A stretch of 64,000 nt of DNA from a virus (lineage: Duplodnaviria; Caudoviricetes), in the IMG/VR virus record IMGVR_UViG_2901966883_000003; one strand, written 5' to 3'. This document shows positions 1-11,140 of this stretch, one piece after another (position 1 is the stretch's first letter; each line of letters opens with the position of its first letter). The notes under the pieces are model-generated. The model was not told the origin of the DNA and ran no database searches. It saw only the letters and a program-made list of their open reading frames with translations. A program made the translations under genes and the position numbers.

Positions 1-88
1 ACTAGGTTCGGAGCGTGTACTATGAGTATAGTATACGTAATGTAATCACGTGACGTGATTCCTGTGATTTTAATCACAGGTAGTTCAA
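1..88 (+). mobile_element. IS200/IS605-family right end / TnpB omega-RNA 3' part (copy 1; 5' part lies outside the window)
   Basis: Hairpin CCTGTGATT-TT-AATCACAGG followed by TAGTTCAA (TCAA-type right-end motif); 87/88 identical to 16753-16840. Confidence 0.7.
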
Positions 89-373
89 TTTTATATTCCA
101 TCTGCTAACATGGCTATCGAATATGATGGCGAACAACATTTTAGGTCGATTGATTATTTCGGTGGAGACAAAGAGTTTACCAAGCGTATCAATTATGACA
201 AAATTAAGAACCAATACTGTGATGATAATGACATCTTTTTAGTAAGAATACCATACACTATCACAGGAGAAGGTTTAACAAAGATGTTAGACGGTGCAAT
301 CAAACCAATTATTGATGATGGAGGAAGTAGCAAAATGAAAGCTATCTTCTTCGCGGCACCGTATAAATACTAA
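89..373 (+). pseudogene. C-terminal part of a DUF559/Vsr-like PD-(D/E)xK endonuclease interrupted by the IS end
   Basis: Frame right after TCAA reads FYIPSANMAIEYDGEQHF...DKIKNQYC...LVRIPY, a typical motif set; N-terminus missing. Confidence 0.6.
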
Positions 374-455
374 TTAAATAATGTGAACTAAGTTAAATAG
401 TGAGGTGTCTTCAACGTTTAAAGGAGGGAAACTTTTACGAAGGGAGTTTTCCTAG

Positions 456-1730
456 TTGAGAAAACTATTTAACAAAGTAGTTGTAGCGATGGTTACGGCT
501 ATGACTTTATTCATGGGTGTAGGTGGCTTTGCTAGTGTGCAAGCTGCTGACGCACGTTCCTATGGTACTGACGTTTCTAAGTACCAAGGGGCAAATGGTA
601 ACTTGGGTTATGGTAGAGATAGCTTTAGTATTGCCCAAATTGGTGGTTCTATCAACGGTTATATTTACGACCAATGGACTTATAATTCTCAAATGAATTA
701 CGGTCGTTCCGCTGGTAAACGTATGCACACTTACATTTGGATGCAGACTGGGGCTAACCAATGGCAAACAAAACAAATGTTAGACTACTTCATGCCTAAG
801 ATTAACGCACCAAAAGGTAGTATTGTAGCTTTGGACTATGAGTCTGGTGCTTCTGGTGATATTCAAGCCAATACAAACAATATCTTATATGGTATGAGAT
901 ATATTAGAGATTGTGGCTATACTCCTATGTATTACTCATATAAGCCATACACATTAGCTCATGTTGATTATCACAGAATTTTAGCAGAGTTCCCAGATAG
1001 TTTATGGATTGCTGCATATCCTAACTACAATGTAACTACCGAACCTGTGTGGAGCATCTTCCCATCTATGGACGGAATTTCCATTTGGCAATTTACTTCA
1101 ACATATATGTCTGGTGGTTTAGACGGTAACATTTCCTTAGCACCTAATGGTAAGGATATTACTAAGAATGGTTACGGTGCAAGCTATAACAATAGCCAAG
1201 CTAAGCCAGCACAACAACCATCACAACCACAAAATAAACCACAAGCAACAGGCACATATGTAGTCCAATCTGGAGATACTTTAGGAGCTATCGCAGCTCG
1301 TTATGGTACAACATGGCAAGCATTACAAAGTCTAAATGGTTTAAGCAATCCTAACTACCTATATATCGGTCAAGTATTAAAGGTAACAGGTCAAGTTAAG
1401 AGTAATAGTACTCCAGCTACAACACAATCTGTTTACTATGTACGTTATGGCGATACTTTAGGAGCTATTGCCAACCGTTATGGAGTAAATGTTTATACTT
1501 TGGCTCGTAACAATGGCATTAGCAATGTGAACTGGATTTACCCAGGACAACGTATTGTTATCAATGGCACATCTAGTCAAGCAAGCAATGTAAGACGTTA
1601 CACTGTACGCTATGGTGACACATTAGGTGGGATTGCAGCACGCTATGGCACAAGTGCATGGGCTATTGCTCAAAAGAACGGTATTCATAACGTAAACCTA
1701 ATCTACCCAGGACAAACATTAACAATATAA
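456..1730 (+). CDS. Endolysin: signal peptide + GH25 muramidase + 3 LysM domains
   Basis: Basic/hydrophobic N-terminus ending VQA; DVSKYQG and ALDYE GH25 motifs; three YxVxxGDTL LysM repeats. Confidence 0.92.
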   Translation: MRKLFNKVVVAMVTAMTLFMGVGGFASVQAADARSYGTDVSKYQGANGNLGYGRDSFSIAQIGGSINGYIYDQWTYNSQMNYGRSAGKRMHTYIWMQTGANQWQTKQMLDYFMPKINAPKGSIVALDYESGASGDIQANTNNILYGMRYIRDCGYTPMYYSYKPYTLAHVDYHRILAEFPDSLWIAAYPNYNVTTEPVWSIFPSMDGISIWQFTSTYMSGGLDGNISLAPNGKDITKNGYGASYNNSQAKPAQQPSQPQNKPQATGTYVVQSGDTLGAIAARYGTTWQALQSLNGLSNPNYLYIGQVLKVTGQVKSNSTPATTQSVYYVRYGDTLGAIANRYGVNVYTLARNNGISNVNWIYPGQRIVINGTSSQASNVRRYTVRYGDTLGGIAARYGTSAWAIAQKNGIHNVNLIYPGQTLTI

Positions 1731-1740
1731 TATGATTTTG

Positions 1741-1775
1741 ATAGGCTATAATCTTTTTGGTTATGGTCTATTTTC
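1741..1775 (+). terminator. Intrinsic terminator after lysin
   Basis: ATAGGCTATAATC / GGTTATGGTCTAT stem plus T run. Confidence 0.6.
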
Positions 1776-1808
1776 ATGTTATTATTTAAATGTAAATAAT
1801 TATAATGG

Positions 1809-2294
1809 GTGGGATTGATTATGGAGAACAAGGAAGATATTGGTGTGTACAGGTATGGTACACCAGTTGTAGAACAAATCTACAATAATGTTGTAAGATT
1901 GCTGGATTCCAAGATGAAACACGTAGATTTAGCAGAATTAACAGGTATTAGCCCACAAATGATAGGGTATATGAGAAAGATATTAAGAGAAGAAGGTAAT
2001 TTAAATAGCACAACTATTACTAGAATTATGCAACTTAATTCAGCTTTTGAAACACCAGAAAAGATAGAGTATATCAAAGAACATGACGAAGATTTATATC
2101 ATTATATATTGCCACAGTTAATGGAAATATCAGACAAGGACAAAGAAATACTTGGTATGTATAAAGAAAGATATAAAGATATTGCGGTTCATAACAAGGG
2201 TAAAAGACGTGGTGGAGGTAATTATATTGTAGTTAAATGCCCGTATTGCAATGAAGAATTAACCTTTAGTCTTGAAATGAAGTTAAAACAATAA
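1809..2294 (+). CDS. Putative HTH DNA-binding protein
   Basis: KHVDLAELTGISPQMIG HTH-like segment; C-terminal CPYC. Confidence 0.5.
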   Translation: MGLIMENKEDIGVYRYGTPVVEQIYNNVVRLLDSKMKHVDLAELTGISPQMIGYMRKILREEGNLNSTTITRIMQLNSAFETPEKIEYIKEHDEDLYHYILPQLMEISDKDKEILGMYKERYKDIAVHNKGKRRGGGNYIVVKCPYCNEELTFSLEMKLKQ

Positions 2295-2323
2295 TTGACT
2301 TAGATAGTTTAAAATGTTATAAT
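2295..2323 (+). promoter_or_regulatory. Sigma-A-type promoter
   Basis: TTGACT-17-TATAAT with extended -10 TG. Confidence 0.75.
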
Positions 2324-2342
2324 AATATAGTTGAAAAACGTT

Positions 2343-2376
2343 AGGACACATTACGGAAGTAGTGTGTCCTTTTTTG
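2343..2376 (+). terminator. Intrinsic terminator between promoter and primase
   Basis: AGGACACATT / AGTGTGTCCT stem plus T tract. Confidence 0.7.
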
Positions 2377-2439
2377 CGTTTTAAGAAAAATTTGTAGTGA
2401 GGTGTTATCAAATCGGAAGTCAAAGAGTTTAAAGAATAC

Positions 2440-3477
2440 TTGCTTAAAGACAGCAATAGAATAATTAAGATACTAGAAGATATAAACTTTCATGATTTAT
2501 GGTATGAGAAAGAAGATGTTATACGTGGAGCTTTGCCAGACCATGATAACAACACCTCATTACGTGTGATATTAAATGAAAGCCTATCTACATCTATGTT
2601 CTCAATCAGTTACAGTGGTGATTTGATTGGTGCAATACAAGAGATAAAAGGTTGGGACTTCACTACAACGTTTGCTTACATGAAAGCATTGTTTGGGATT
2701 GGAAACTCAATACAGCAAGTTCAAACTACTAGCCTAATTGAAGAATATAGACAATTTGCTAAGTATGGAATGGTTGTGCAAGGCAAAGAAAATAAAAAGT
2801 ATGACAACAGCTATCTTAGTTGTTTCATTCCAATGCCACATAAATCATTGATTGAAGAAGGCATTTCACCAGATGTGATTAAACAATTCAATATTTGTTA
2901 TGACCCAGAAAGAGATAGGATAATCTTCCCACATTATGATTGGAATGATGAGAATAACATTGTTGGCATACAAGGCAGAACTATATTAGATAGTGATACA
3001 GCCAAGTTATTAGGTGTTCCTAAGTACTGGAATTACATTGATGGCTTTTCTAAGAGCAATAACTTGTATGGATTCCAACAGTCTAAGAACAATTTAGCTA
3101 AGAGTAATATGCTTGTTTTGTTCGAGGGTGAAAAGTCGGTATTAAAGCAATTCACATATAAACGTGGTAAGGGATATTCTGTTGCATTAGGCAATCACAA
3201 CGTATCTGAAATACAACGGAAATTCATTATAAGAAATACCCCAGAAGATTGTGAGATTGTCATAGCATTTGATGAAGATGTTATGTTTGGTGAAAATGGT
3301 GGAGAAGAATATCTGAAACAAGTAGCAGATAAGTTCTCCAATTTCCGTAGAGTATCATATATTAGACCGCCTGTTAATATATTCAAGCCCAAGCAATCAC
3401 CAATAGATACATTGGGAAAGAAAGGTGTAGGCTGGCGGTATTCAATGAAGACTAGAAATAAAGTAAATTTTGTATAA
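2440..3477 (+). CDS. DNA primase (Toprim)
   Basis: RIIFP, GIQGR, PKYWN, FEGEKS and IAFDED motifs; true start may be slightly upstream. Confidence 0.8.
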   Translation: MLKDSNRIIKILEDINFHDLWYEKEDVIRGALPDHDNNTSLRVILNESLSTSMFSISYSGDLIGAIQEIKGWDFTTTFAYMKALFGIGNSIQQVQTTSLIEEYRQFAKYGMVVQGKENKKYDNSYLSCFIPMPHKSLIEEGISPDVIKQFNICYDPERDRIIFPHYDWNDENNIVGIQGRTILDSDTAKLLGVPKYWNYIDGFSKSNNLYGFQQSKNNLAKSNMLVLFEGEKSVLKQFTYKRGKGYSVALGNHNVSEIQRKFIIRNTPEDCEIVIAFDEDVMFGENGGEEYLKQVADKFSNFRRVSYIRPPVNIFKPKQSPIDTLGKKGVGWRYSMKTRNKVNFV

Positions 3478-4672
3478 GGTGGGACAAACTAAAATAGCAC
3501 GATTAACAAAAGAACAACTAAATGCGTTAAAGAAAAAGTATGATGTGGATAGAATTTGGAGTTATAGTAGAATTTCCAAGTTTGAAGCATGCCCAGTAGA
3601 TTACGTAGCTACTTACTTATGGCATATGGATTTGGCTAAAGGTAATATCTATTCATTCATGGGTTCTCAATTCCATCAAGAAATGGAAGACTTTTACAAC
3701 CATGAAATTGGATATGATGACTTGTATAAGCAATGGAGTAAGTTTGTGGCTAAATGGGAAAGCGACCCAGCACGTTACATGTTTGATACCGTAAAGATTA
3801 AAGATGGTTATATCAAAAACCTTAATCACTATTTCAAACATACAAAGGTTATGACAGACAAAGCAGTTAATGAAAAGCCTGTTAGAGCTATTGTTGAAAG
3901 TGATAAAGGGAATAAATATGTATTCGTTGGTTATGTTGATACAGAATATACTGATGAAGATGGGAATTTGGTATTAGTTGATTACAAGACTTCATCTAAG
4001 TCTAGTTTTTCAAAAGCTAAGTTGCCAGAAAAATCAATGCAGTTAAGATTGTATGCTATGGCAGAACATCAAGTGCATGGTATTCCTTACGATAAGATTA
4101 AGGCACGTTTTGATATGGCTAAATATTGTACAGTTCATTTCAAACAAGAAAATGGTAAATGGAAAACAAGTGTACAAGAACGTTATCAATGGGTAGAAAA
4201 AATGCGTAAGAAGTTAGAAACTAAGTTGAAGAAAACTGACTTAGACCCCATTACAATCGAAGAAATGATTGATACAGCTTGTGCAAACAATGATATGGAT
4301 AACTTACCAGAAGATATTCGTGAACAATTCTATATTGAAAACTACTTCATTGAAATTGATATTAACGAAGATGATATAAAAGAATTGAATAAACATATTG
4401 GTAATAAGTGCGATGAGATTGTAGCTTTAGAGGATATTGAAGACTTAGAAGGTTACCTATCATACACATACCCATATGACCCAGATAACTATTATGATAA
4501 GAAATTGTGTGCATATCATACATCTGATTACTTTAAGAAACGTGAGAATTTAGTAGACGATTTACCACCAGAAGAAAACCTAGATGAAGATACAGCTTGG
4601 TTATTTGGTGGAGAAATGGACAAGCAACAAGATGATGAAACAGATGAAATCATGAACATGTTGTTTGGTTAG
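3470..4672 (+). CDS. PD-(D/E)xK (RecB-like) exonuclease
   Basis: SYSRI..F..CP, G.VD, LVDYKT and QLRLYA motifs. Confidence 0.75.
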   Translation: MYKVGQTKIARLTKEQLNALKKKYDVDRIWSYSRISKFEACPVDYVATYLWHMDLAKGNIYSFMGSQFHQEMEDFYNHEIGYDDLYKQWSKFVAKWESDPARYMFDTVKIKDGYIKNLNHYFKHTKVMTDKAVNEKPVRAIVESDKGNKYVFVGYVDTEYTDEDGNLVLVDYKTSSKSSFSKAKLPEKSMQLRLYAMAEHQVHGIPYDKIKARFDMAKYCTVHFKQENGKWKTSVQERYQWVEKMRKKLETKLKKTDLDPITIEEMIDTACANNDMDNLPEDIREQFYIENYFIEIDINEDDIKELNKHIGNKCDEIVALEDIEDLEGYLSYTYPYDPDNYYDKKLCAYHTSDYFKKRENLVDDLPPEENLDEDTAWLFGGEMDKQQDDETDEIMNMLFG

Positions 4673-4694
4673 CATTTTTAACGGAGGTGTTTAG

Positions 4695-5312
4695 ATGAAA
4701 ATACATTTAGTTGATGTACAAACTGAATATGAAGACGTTGATGTAGGAACTTGTGAACTTTGCTTTGGGACATATGAAACAGAAGAACAAACCACTTTTA
4801 TATTTAAGTTAGCCAATGGTAAAGAAATTGCGATAGAAGGTTGGTGGTATGAATATTGGACTTATGTAACAATGCCGCATATCAATAATCTAATTCATTT
4901 TGCTGAATGGTTAGATACAAAAGTATATCGCAATGATACCAAGTTCGATAAAGATTGGTTGAATAACACTATCATGGAGTATCTAAGAGTTTGTGGTGAT
5001 TTAGGTATCAAGGATAAAGATGGTAACCCTATCTATGCAGACTCTATTGTGTTAGTTACTTATCGTGGTAAAACTGTTAGGGCTGATGATTGTTATATTG
5101 ATTCGGATAGCTATGCAACCAGTCATATTGAATTTACAATGTTTGACATGAAATTTGATTATATGCCAGATGAAGAGGCTTTGTATTATACCGATGAAAC
5201 ATATGACCTTCATGTTTATGAAGATTTTGACAGTAGTAATTTATCGGTTTTAGCAGAACATTTTGATACAGAAAATAGAGAGAAGAGATGGTTAGAGGAA
5301 TATGGCAGATAA
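4695..5312 (+). CDS. Hypothetical phage protein
   Basis: GGAGGTG RBS; overlaps dnaE start. Confidence 0.7.
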   Translation: MKIHLVDVQTEYEDVDVGTCELCFGTYETEEQTTFIFKLANGKEIAIEGWWYEYWTYVTMPHINNLIHFAEWLDTKVYRNDTKFDKDWLNNTIMEYLRVCGDLGIKDKDGNPIYADSIVLVTYRGKTVRADDCYIDSDSYATSHIEFTMFDMKFDYMPDEEALYYTDETYDLHVYEDFDSSNLSVLAEHFDTENREKRWLEEYGR

Positions 5313-8300
5313 GCAATGGGTAAGTTTACATCAACATACAGACATTAGTAATAGCAACTATTTTGAAGTGGTAACTCAATTTAAAGATTATGTTGCTTAT
5401 GCTAAAGAACATGGACTAAATGCAGTTACATCAACAGAACATGGGAACGTAGTAAGATGGATATATCGAAAGGAACTGGCAGAACAGGCTGGTTTGAAAT
5501 ATATTCATGGAATGGAAGCCTATGTAACAATGAGTTTAGAAGGCAAAGAAGCCTATCATACAATTCTCTTAGCACGAAATTATGACGGTGTTAAGGAAAT
5601 TAATAAACTATCATCAAAGTCTTTTAATAGAACGGACGGACACTTCTATCGCAAACCACGTATTCTATTCAATGAATTAAAAGACACTTTCAAAAACGGT
5701 AATATCTACATTACCACAGCCTGTTTAGCGGGCTTTATCTATCAAAACAAACCCCAAAAAGATGATACAGAAGAAATAAGAAATACTAAAAAGAATGTGG
5801 TGCAACAATGGCTTGATATGGCTAAGTTGCACAAGGATATGTTCTATTTTGAAATTCAACCACATGATAATAAAGAACAAGCTGAATTAAATACTCTAGC
5901 TATTAAGTATGCTAATTTGGTTGGCTGCCATGTTATTGCTAGTAATGACGTTCACGCTTTAAACCCCAAACACAATGAACTCAGAATGATTGTTAAAAAG
6001 GGTAAGCGTAATGATTATGATAGTGATGATGAGTTTGAGTTATGGGTTAAAACTTATGATGAAATGGTTAGTTCATTTCAAAAACAACGTGATGATTTCA
6101 ATGTTGATATTATGAGCGATGAAATTATCGCACAAGGGCTACAATCAACTTTAGATATTGCTGATAGCATAGAAGAATTTGAGCTAGATAAGAGCCATAA
6201 GTACCCTAAACTGTATGACAATCCAGAAAAAGAGTTTCAAAAGCGTATTAAACAAGGATTAAAAGACAGAGGTATCTTAGACAAATCAAAAGAAGAACGT
6301 AAAGTGTACTTAGATAGAGTTAAACATGAATATGAAGTATACAAACATAACGGTTCGATTGATTATATGTTGTGTCATGAAGATATTCTCAATGCAGCCC
6401 ATGATAATGATATTGATTTAGGTTACAGTAGGGGGAGCGTGGGAGGTTCTTTAATTGCCTATTTATGCCACCAAACTGAAATAGATAGTGTTAAGCTAGG
6501 ACTAAATTTTGAGCGATTTATGAACCCAGAACGTGTAAATCTTCCTGATATAGATACCGATGCTATGAGTAAAGACCAACAATGGCTGCAACAATGGATG
6601 TTGACTAATGACAAATGGCACGCTGCTTCTATCTTGACAACTAATACCTATGGTCTAAAAGGTGCTATCAAGGCTATTGCTGATGGTATGGATAGATATG
6701 CTGGCAAACCACAATACATTCAAAGTATTAGAAATCAGATTGATGATAAGGGCAATTACAATAATAGCTTATACGAAGAACATAAAGAATTGTTTGACAA
6801 TGCAAAGCAAATTGTAGGTGTGATTGACTCCTTTGGTAGACATGCAGCTGGTGTTTTAATTGACACTAATACTATTGACGACCATGTTGGTATTCAAACT
6901 ATCTCTAAATGGGACTATCCTGTAACACAAGTTACTATGAAAGAAATCGACCATTACAACTGGGTTAAGTTTGATATGTTAGGCTTAGACAATGTTGGTT
7001 TAATCTCTAAAGCATGTAAATTAGCTGGTTTGCCATACCTAACTCCAGATAGTACAGATATTGTTGATTTTGAAGATAAAAAGGTTTGGGATTCTATGCG
7101 TGATAACAATATTGGTATCTTCCAATTTGAAGCTGATAGAGCGGGTCAAATTCTTAAAGATTTGTTCGCTGATGATACTATTGACAAAATCGAAAATGAG
7201 TTCGATAATAATGAAAGAACAAAAGTTCGATACATGGATTTGTTAAGTTTGGCTAACGCAGCACAAAGACCTTCTGGTGCAAGCTATTTATACAATGTAA
7301 CTCATGGTGTTGTTAAGGATAACGGTCATCCAGCCTTAAATGAATTTTTAGCTCCTACGCTAGGTAATCTTGTATATCAAGAACAATTAATCCAGTTTTT
7401 AGTGCAATTTTGTGGATACAGCAGTGCAAAGGGAGATTTAATTCGTAGGGCTGTGGGTAAAAAAATCCAGTCTGTTATTGATGAAGAAGTCCCTAAAATC
7501 CATACAGCGTTTGTTAAGACCATGACAGAAAAATATGGTGATAGTGAAGAACATGCTGAAAAAGTCGCAAAAGACTTTATGCAAGTATTCATGGACGCTG
7601 CCAACTACGGTTTCTCTATTAATCATTCAATGGCATATTCATATATTGGTTATATCTCAACTTGGCTAAGATATTACTATCCACTGGAATGGGGTACAGC
7701 AGCATGTGAAATCTGGAAAGATAAACCAGAAAAGATTGCTAAGGTTACTTCATATCTCGAAAGTAGAGGTATTAATATCAAGCCAGCTAGATTTAGAAAA
7801 TCACGTGCCTTGTATTACATGGATAAGGAAACTAACTCAATTTATGAAGGTATCGAACCGATTAAACGTGTAAATGAGAAAGCTGGTGAACAATTATACA
7901 GTTTACGTAACAACCAATATGACACATTTACAGACTTGTTATTGGATATTTACGAGCCTATTAAGTCAATTAAAGAGGGTAATTATGCAACAAATTTAAC
8001 AGAATTGTATAAATTATCATCGGAAAAAGTCAAGGAAATAGACAAACTTGCAAAGTGCAACAAAAACATCTTCACAAAAAAAGAAAAATGTGTTGAAGTT
8101 AATAAGTCTATTATGATAAACTTAATATCGCTGAATTATTTTGATGAGTTTGGTGGCTCTAAACTATTAGCTGACACTTATGAAAAGTTTATCAAAATAT
8201 ATAAACCGAAGAATAAGACGCTCATCAACAAACAGAAGGCATATCTTGAATGTCTTGAGTTTGAAAGAACGTCTGCTAACATTGATTTTCCGCTAGATTA

Positions 8301-8643
8301 TCAACTTAAACAACAGTTAGAACTCAAGGGGAAAATTAGCTATTCCAATGACAAATTACCTAATACTTACGTTTTTGTGACTGATTTAGCTAAGATGAGT
8401 AATAGATACAAATTAAATATTTATAGCTTAAAAACTGGAAAAGTAAGTCAAATATTGGTATCAAAACGAAACTATATATCTCAAAAAATAGAGGTGGGTG
8501 ACTTCATAAATATTAAGAAGGTTGTTGCAAAACCTAAGATTGTAAATGTCAATGGGAAATGGACTAAGAGCGAAGATGAGAGGGAGTTCTGGTTAGAAGC
8601 ATTTAGTTTAATAAATTTAAATAAAAAGGACGATGGTGTGTAA
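5302..8643 (+). CDS. dnaE: DNA polymerase III alpha subunit
   Basis: PHP domain (LHQHT, TEHG, NDVH), RGSVGGSL, PDIDTD, GRHAAG, KFDMLGL, YQEQL, YGFSINHS; 1113 aa. Confidence 0.96.
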   Translation: MADKQWVSLHQHTDISNSNYFEVVTQFKDYVAYAKEHGLNAVTSTEHGNVVRWIYRKELAEQAGLKYIHGMEAYVTMSLEGKEAYHTILLARNYDGVKEINKLSSKSFNRTDGHFYRKPRILFNELKDTFKNGNIYITTACLAGFIYQNKPQKDDTEEIRNTKKNVVQQWLDMAKLHKDMFYFEIQPHDNKEQAELNTLAIKYANLVGCHVIASNDVHALNPKHNELRMIVKKGKRNDYDSDDEFELWVKTYDEMVSSFQKQRDDFNVDIMSDEIIAQGLQSTLDIADSIEEFELDKSHKYPKLYDNPEKEFQKRIKQGLKDRGILDKSKEERKVYLDRVKHEYEVYKHNGSIDYMLCHEDILNAAHDNDIDLGYSRGSVGGSLIAYLCHQTEIDSVKLGLNFERFMNPERVNLPDIDTDAMSKDQQWLQQWMLTNDKWHAASILTTNTYGLKGAIKAIADGMDRYAGKPQYIQSIRNQIDDKGNYNNSLYEEHKELFDNAKQIVGVIDSFGRHAAGVLIDTNTIDDHVGIQTISKWDYPVTQVTMKEIDHYNWVKFDMLGLDNVGLISKACKLAGLPYLTPDSTDIVDFEDKKVWDSMRDNNIGIFQFEADRAGQILKDLFADDTIDKIENEFDNNERTKVRYMDLLSLANAAQRPSGASYLYNVTHGVVKDNGHPALNEFLAPTLGNLVYQEQLIQFLVQFCGYSSAKGDLIRRAVGKKIQSVIDEEVPKIHTAFVKTMTEKYGDSEEHAEKVAKDFMQVFMDAANYGFSINHSMAYSYIGYISTWLRYYYPLEWGTAACEIWKDKPEKIAKVTSYLESRGINIKPARFRKSRALYYMDKETNSIYEGIEPIKRVNEKAGEQLYSLRNNQYDTFTDLLLDIYEPIKSIKEGNYATNLTELYKLSSEKVKEIDKLAKCNKNIFTKKEKCVEVNKSIMINLISLNYFDEFGGSKLLADTYEKFIKIYKPKNKTLINKQKAYLECLEFERTSANIDFPLDYQLKQQLELKGKISYSNDKLPNTYVFVTDLAKMSNRYKLNIYSLKTGKVSQILVSKRNYISQKIEVGDFINIKKVVAKPKIVNVNGKWTKSEDEREFWLEAFSLINLNKKDDGV

Positions 8644-9112
8644 AGTGAAAGTTAAACGTGTAATGTCAATTAAAAATATCGAATTATCAAAAACTTGTCG
8701 TGATGTTGATGTATTAACTACAATACTAGCAGCCGACCCAAACAATGATGAAAAGATTAGTAGTTGTGAAACAGCATTGAGAAACTGGCAAGAATTACTA
8801 CGTGAGATTATGAATACAAATAACTTAGTATTGCATTGTAATGATGTAAGCAACATGCTGGGTGAAGGCAGATTATGCTTAGTAGAGTTCGAGTATATCT
8901 ATGATGGTATGTTGTACCAAATTGACGAGATTATCAGTAATGATGAATGCGAAGTCTTAACACTAAAAGAATATTTGGTAAAGACTAAAAGTGAAACATC
9001 TGGTTTGTTTGCTAAGATTTTAGAAGAACAAGGCAAAGACAATGATAGATTTAATCAAGTTAAAGACAAACTAGAAAATCTTGAAGGCAGCGGGGTAAGC
9101 GTGAATGAATAG
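8633..9112 (+). CDS. Hypothetical phage protein
   Basis: ORF overlapping both neighbours. Confidence 0.65.
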   Translation: MVCKVKVKRVMSIKNIELSKTCRDVDVLTTILAADPNNDEKISSCETALRNWQELLREIMNTNNLVLHCNDVSNMLGEGRLCLVEFEYIYDGMLYQIDEIISNDECEVLTLKEYLVKTKSETSGLFAKILEEQGKDNDRFNQVKDKLENLEGSGVSVNE

Positions 9113-10487
9113 TATCATTGAATTAAAAGATATTTTTAAAGAAATCAAGGTAGTATCTTCCAAGAAAGCTAAGGAGGATATTATTAAGAAATACAAGGAT
9201 AATGAGTTGTTTACCAAGACATTAAAGTTTGTCTATGACGACTTTATTACCACTGGTATTTCAACCAAAAAGATTAATGCCAACATCAAAGATAATGAAT
9301 TTATGGTGCTGAATACAGGTTTTAAATACAATTACGAAAATCTGTTAGATTGGGTTAAAGAACATAACACTGGCAAGTTAGATACAGTGTATATGCTGCA
9401 AACCTATATTAATCAATTTGAAGATGAAGAAACAAAGCAATTCCTAAAAGATGTTTTTACTAAAAAGCTAAAGGTTGGTATTACAGCTAAAACAATCAAT
9501 AAGGTACTAGGCAAGGGGGTTATTGAAGAGTTTGGCTGCCAGTTAGCCTATCCCTATCACAAATATTTAAATAAGCTAGAAGGTAGCGAAATTATCGTTA
9601 CACAGAAGTTGGATGGACATAGGTCTATCTGTATTGTAAAGAACGGTAAGGCTACATTCTATACGAGAAAGGGTTTGGTGGTTAATGGCTTAGATATTCA
9701 ACAACATGAGGCAGAAGAATTAGTGAAACATGGCTTTGGTGGAAAAGATTATGTGCTAGATGGGGAATTGCTTGCATATAACGCAGATGGGTTAGAAACT
9801 AAGGACTTGTTTAGATTGACGACAAGTATTTTGAGAAGTGATAGTGCTGATAAAAGTTCAGTTTTATTTAACATATTTGACTGTTTACCTTACGAAGAAT
9901 TTACCACTGGCATATCTAAAGACCCATTCTGGAAACGTAAAGAAGATTTATCTAATGCTTTCTATGCTATCTACCCACTCAAATCAGTAAAATCTACAGA
10001 AATCGAACCATTAGCTCAACATCTACGTATTGTCGAAAATATCTACGAAGACACATATCACCCAAATGTTATCCTATCCTTACAAGAAGAATACGTAGAA
10101 CCATTAGGCTGGGAAGGCTTAATGATTAATCTTTCAGACGGTTTATATCAAACCAAACGCACAAGTGATATTTTAAAAGTTAAAGAGTTTTTCAATGCTG
10201 ATGTCTTAGTTAAAGATGTATTTGAAGGCACAGGCGAACTATCTGGCACATTAGGCGGTGTAATTATTGACTATAAAGGCAATGGTGTTAAGGTAGGTTC
10301 TGGCTTTACACTAGAAGAACGTAACACATATTGGGCTAACCCTAACAAGATTATCGGTAAAGTTGTAGATGTCCAATACTTTGAAGAAACAAACAATCAA
10401 AACGATAATAACATTTCACTTAGATTCCCAACTATTAAATCAATTCGATTAGACAAAACTCCAGAAGACATTTCATATGAAGCATAA
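9105..10487 (+). CDS. ATP-dependent DNA ligase
   Basis: KLDG adenylation motif, LDGEL, EGLMI, ILKVK, KVGSGF, SLRFP. Confidence 0.93.
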   Translation: MNSIIELKDIFKEIKVVSSKKAKEDIIKKYKDNELFTKTLKFVYDDFITTGISTKKINANIKDNEFMVLNTGFKYNYENLLDWVKEHNTGKLDTVYMLQTYINQFEDEETKQFLKDVFTKKLKVGITAKTINKVLGKGVIEEFGCQLAYPYHKYLNKLEGSEIIVTQKLDGHRSICIVKNGKATFYTRKGLVVNGLDIQQHEAEELVKHGFGGKDYVLDGELLAYNADGLETKDLFRLTTSILRSDSADKSSVLFNIFDCLPYEEFTTGISKDPFWKRKEDLSNAFYAIYPLKSVKSTEIEPLAQHLRIVENIYEDTYHPNVILSLQEEYVEPLGWEGLMINLSDGLYQTKRTSDILKVKEFFNADVLVKDVFEGTGELSGTLGGVIIDYKGNGVKVGSGFTLEERNTYWANPNKIIGKVVDVQYFEETNNQNDNNISLRFPTIKSIRLDKTPEDISYEA

Positions 10488-10523
10488 ACCACAATTAATA
10501 TATTAAACTAAACGTCCTTTTTG

Positions 10524-10553
10524 ACCTCGTAGCAAAATGCTGCGAGGTTTTTT
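10524..10553 (+). terminator. Intrinsic terminator
   Basis: ACCTCGTAGC / GCTGCGAGGT stem plus T tract. Confidence 0.8.
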
Positions 10554-10564
10554 GTGTTTAATTA

Positions 10565-10627
10565 TTGATTTAAGATTGATATATGGTATAATATAGTAGT
10601 TAAGTTAAGAGTTTAGTGAATAAACGA
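10565..10627 (+). promoter_or_regulatory. Sigma-A promoter followed by the 24-bp repeated element
   Basis: TTGATT-16-TATAAT then GTTAAGAGTTTAGTGAATAAACGA (10604-10627). Confidence 0.7.
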
Positions 10628-10666
10628 ACTCTTAATAAAATCGAATAAGCGAGGTGCAGAACTAGA

Positions 10667-11140
10667 ATTAATAGAGGTAGAACAGCTTACTTTGGCAAGA
10701 AAGTTGAATTTGATGGTCTGAAATTTGACTCTGAAAAAGAAGCTAAGTTTTATGAGCGATTTATTTATGGTAGAGATTTAAATGCTACCGTACACGAGTC
10801 TTTTACAATCCAACCTATGGTGGAATTACACAATGGTCTGCGTTTAAGAAGTGCTAATTACACACCAGATGTTGTGATAAGAGATGAAGATGGTAACTTG
10901 CTACATGTTTATGATGTCAAGACAGGATTTAACTCAACATACAATATTGACCCAGCAGCACAATTAAGGTTTAAGATGTTTGCTAAGCAATATGGTATTC
11001 CTGTTGAAATTGTAGTTCCTCGTGTTCATGATTTTAGGGTTAAGGTTGTTGGTCTGACGAAGAAAACCAATCCTATTATCAAGGAAGACGTGGAATATAA
11101 GTGGCAAGACGCTTTGGAGGAAATGACTAAGAAAGGTTGA
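10667..11140 (+). CDS. DUF1064-like nuclease-fold protein (probable ATT start)
   Basis: Frame extends upstream of the called ATG through KKVEFDGLKFDSEKEAKFY; YTPD and YDVK motifs; GAGGTG RBS before ATT. Confidence 0.7.
   Translation: MNRGRTAYFGKKVEFDGLKFDSEKEAKFYERFIYGRDLNATVHESFTIQPMVELHNGLRLRSANYTPDVVIRDEDGNLLHVYDVKTGFNSTYNIDPAAQLRFKMFAKQYGIPVEIVVPRVHDFRVKVVGLTKKTNPIIKEDVEYKWQDALEEMTKKG

Noticed and set aside
3470-4672. Cas4 call for the PD-(D/E)xK nuclease
   Set aside because: The four-cysteine Fe-S pattern is not evident; it sits in the replication operon, 29 kb from the array
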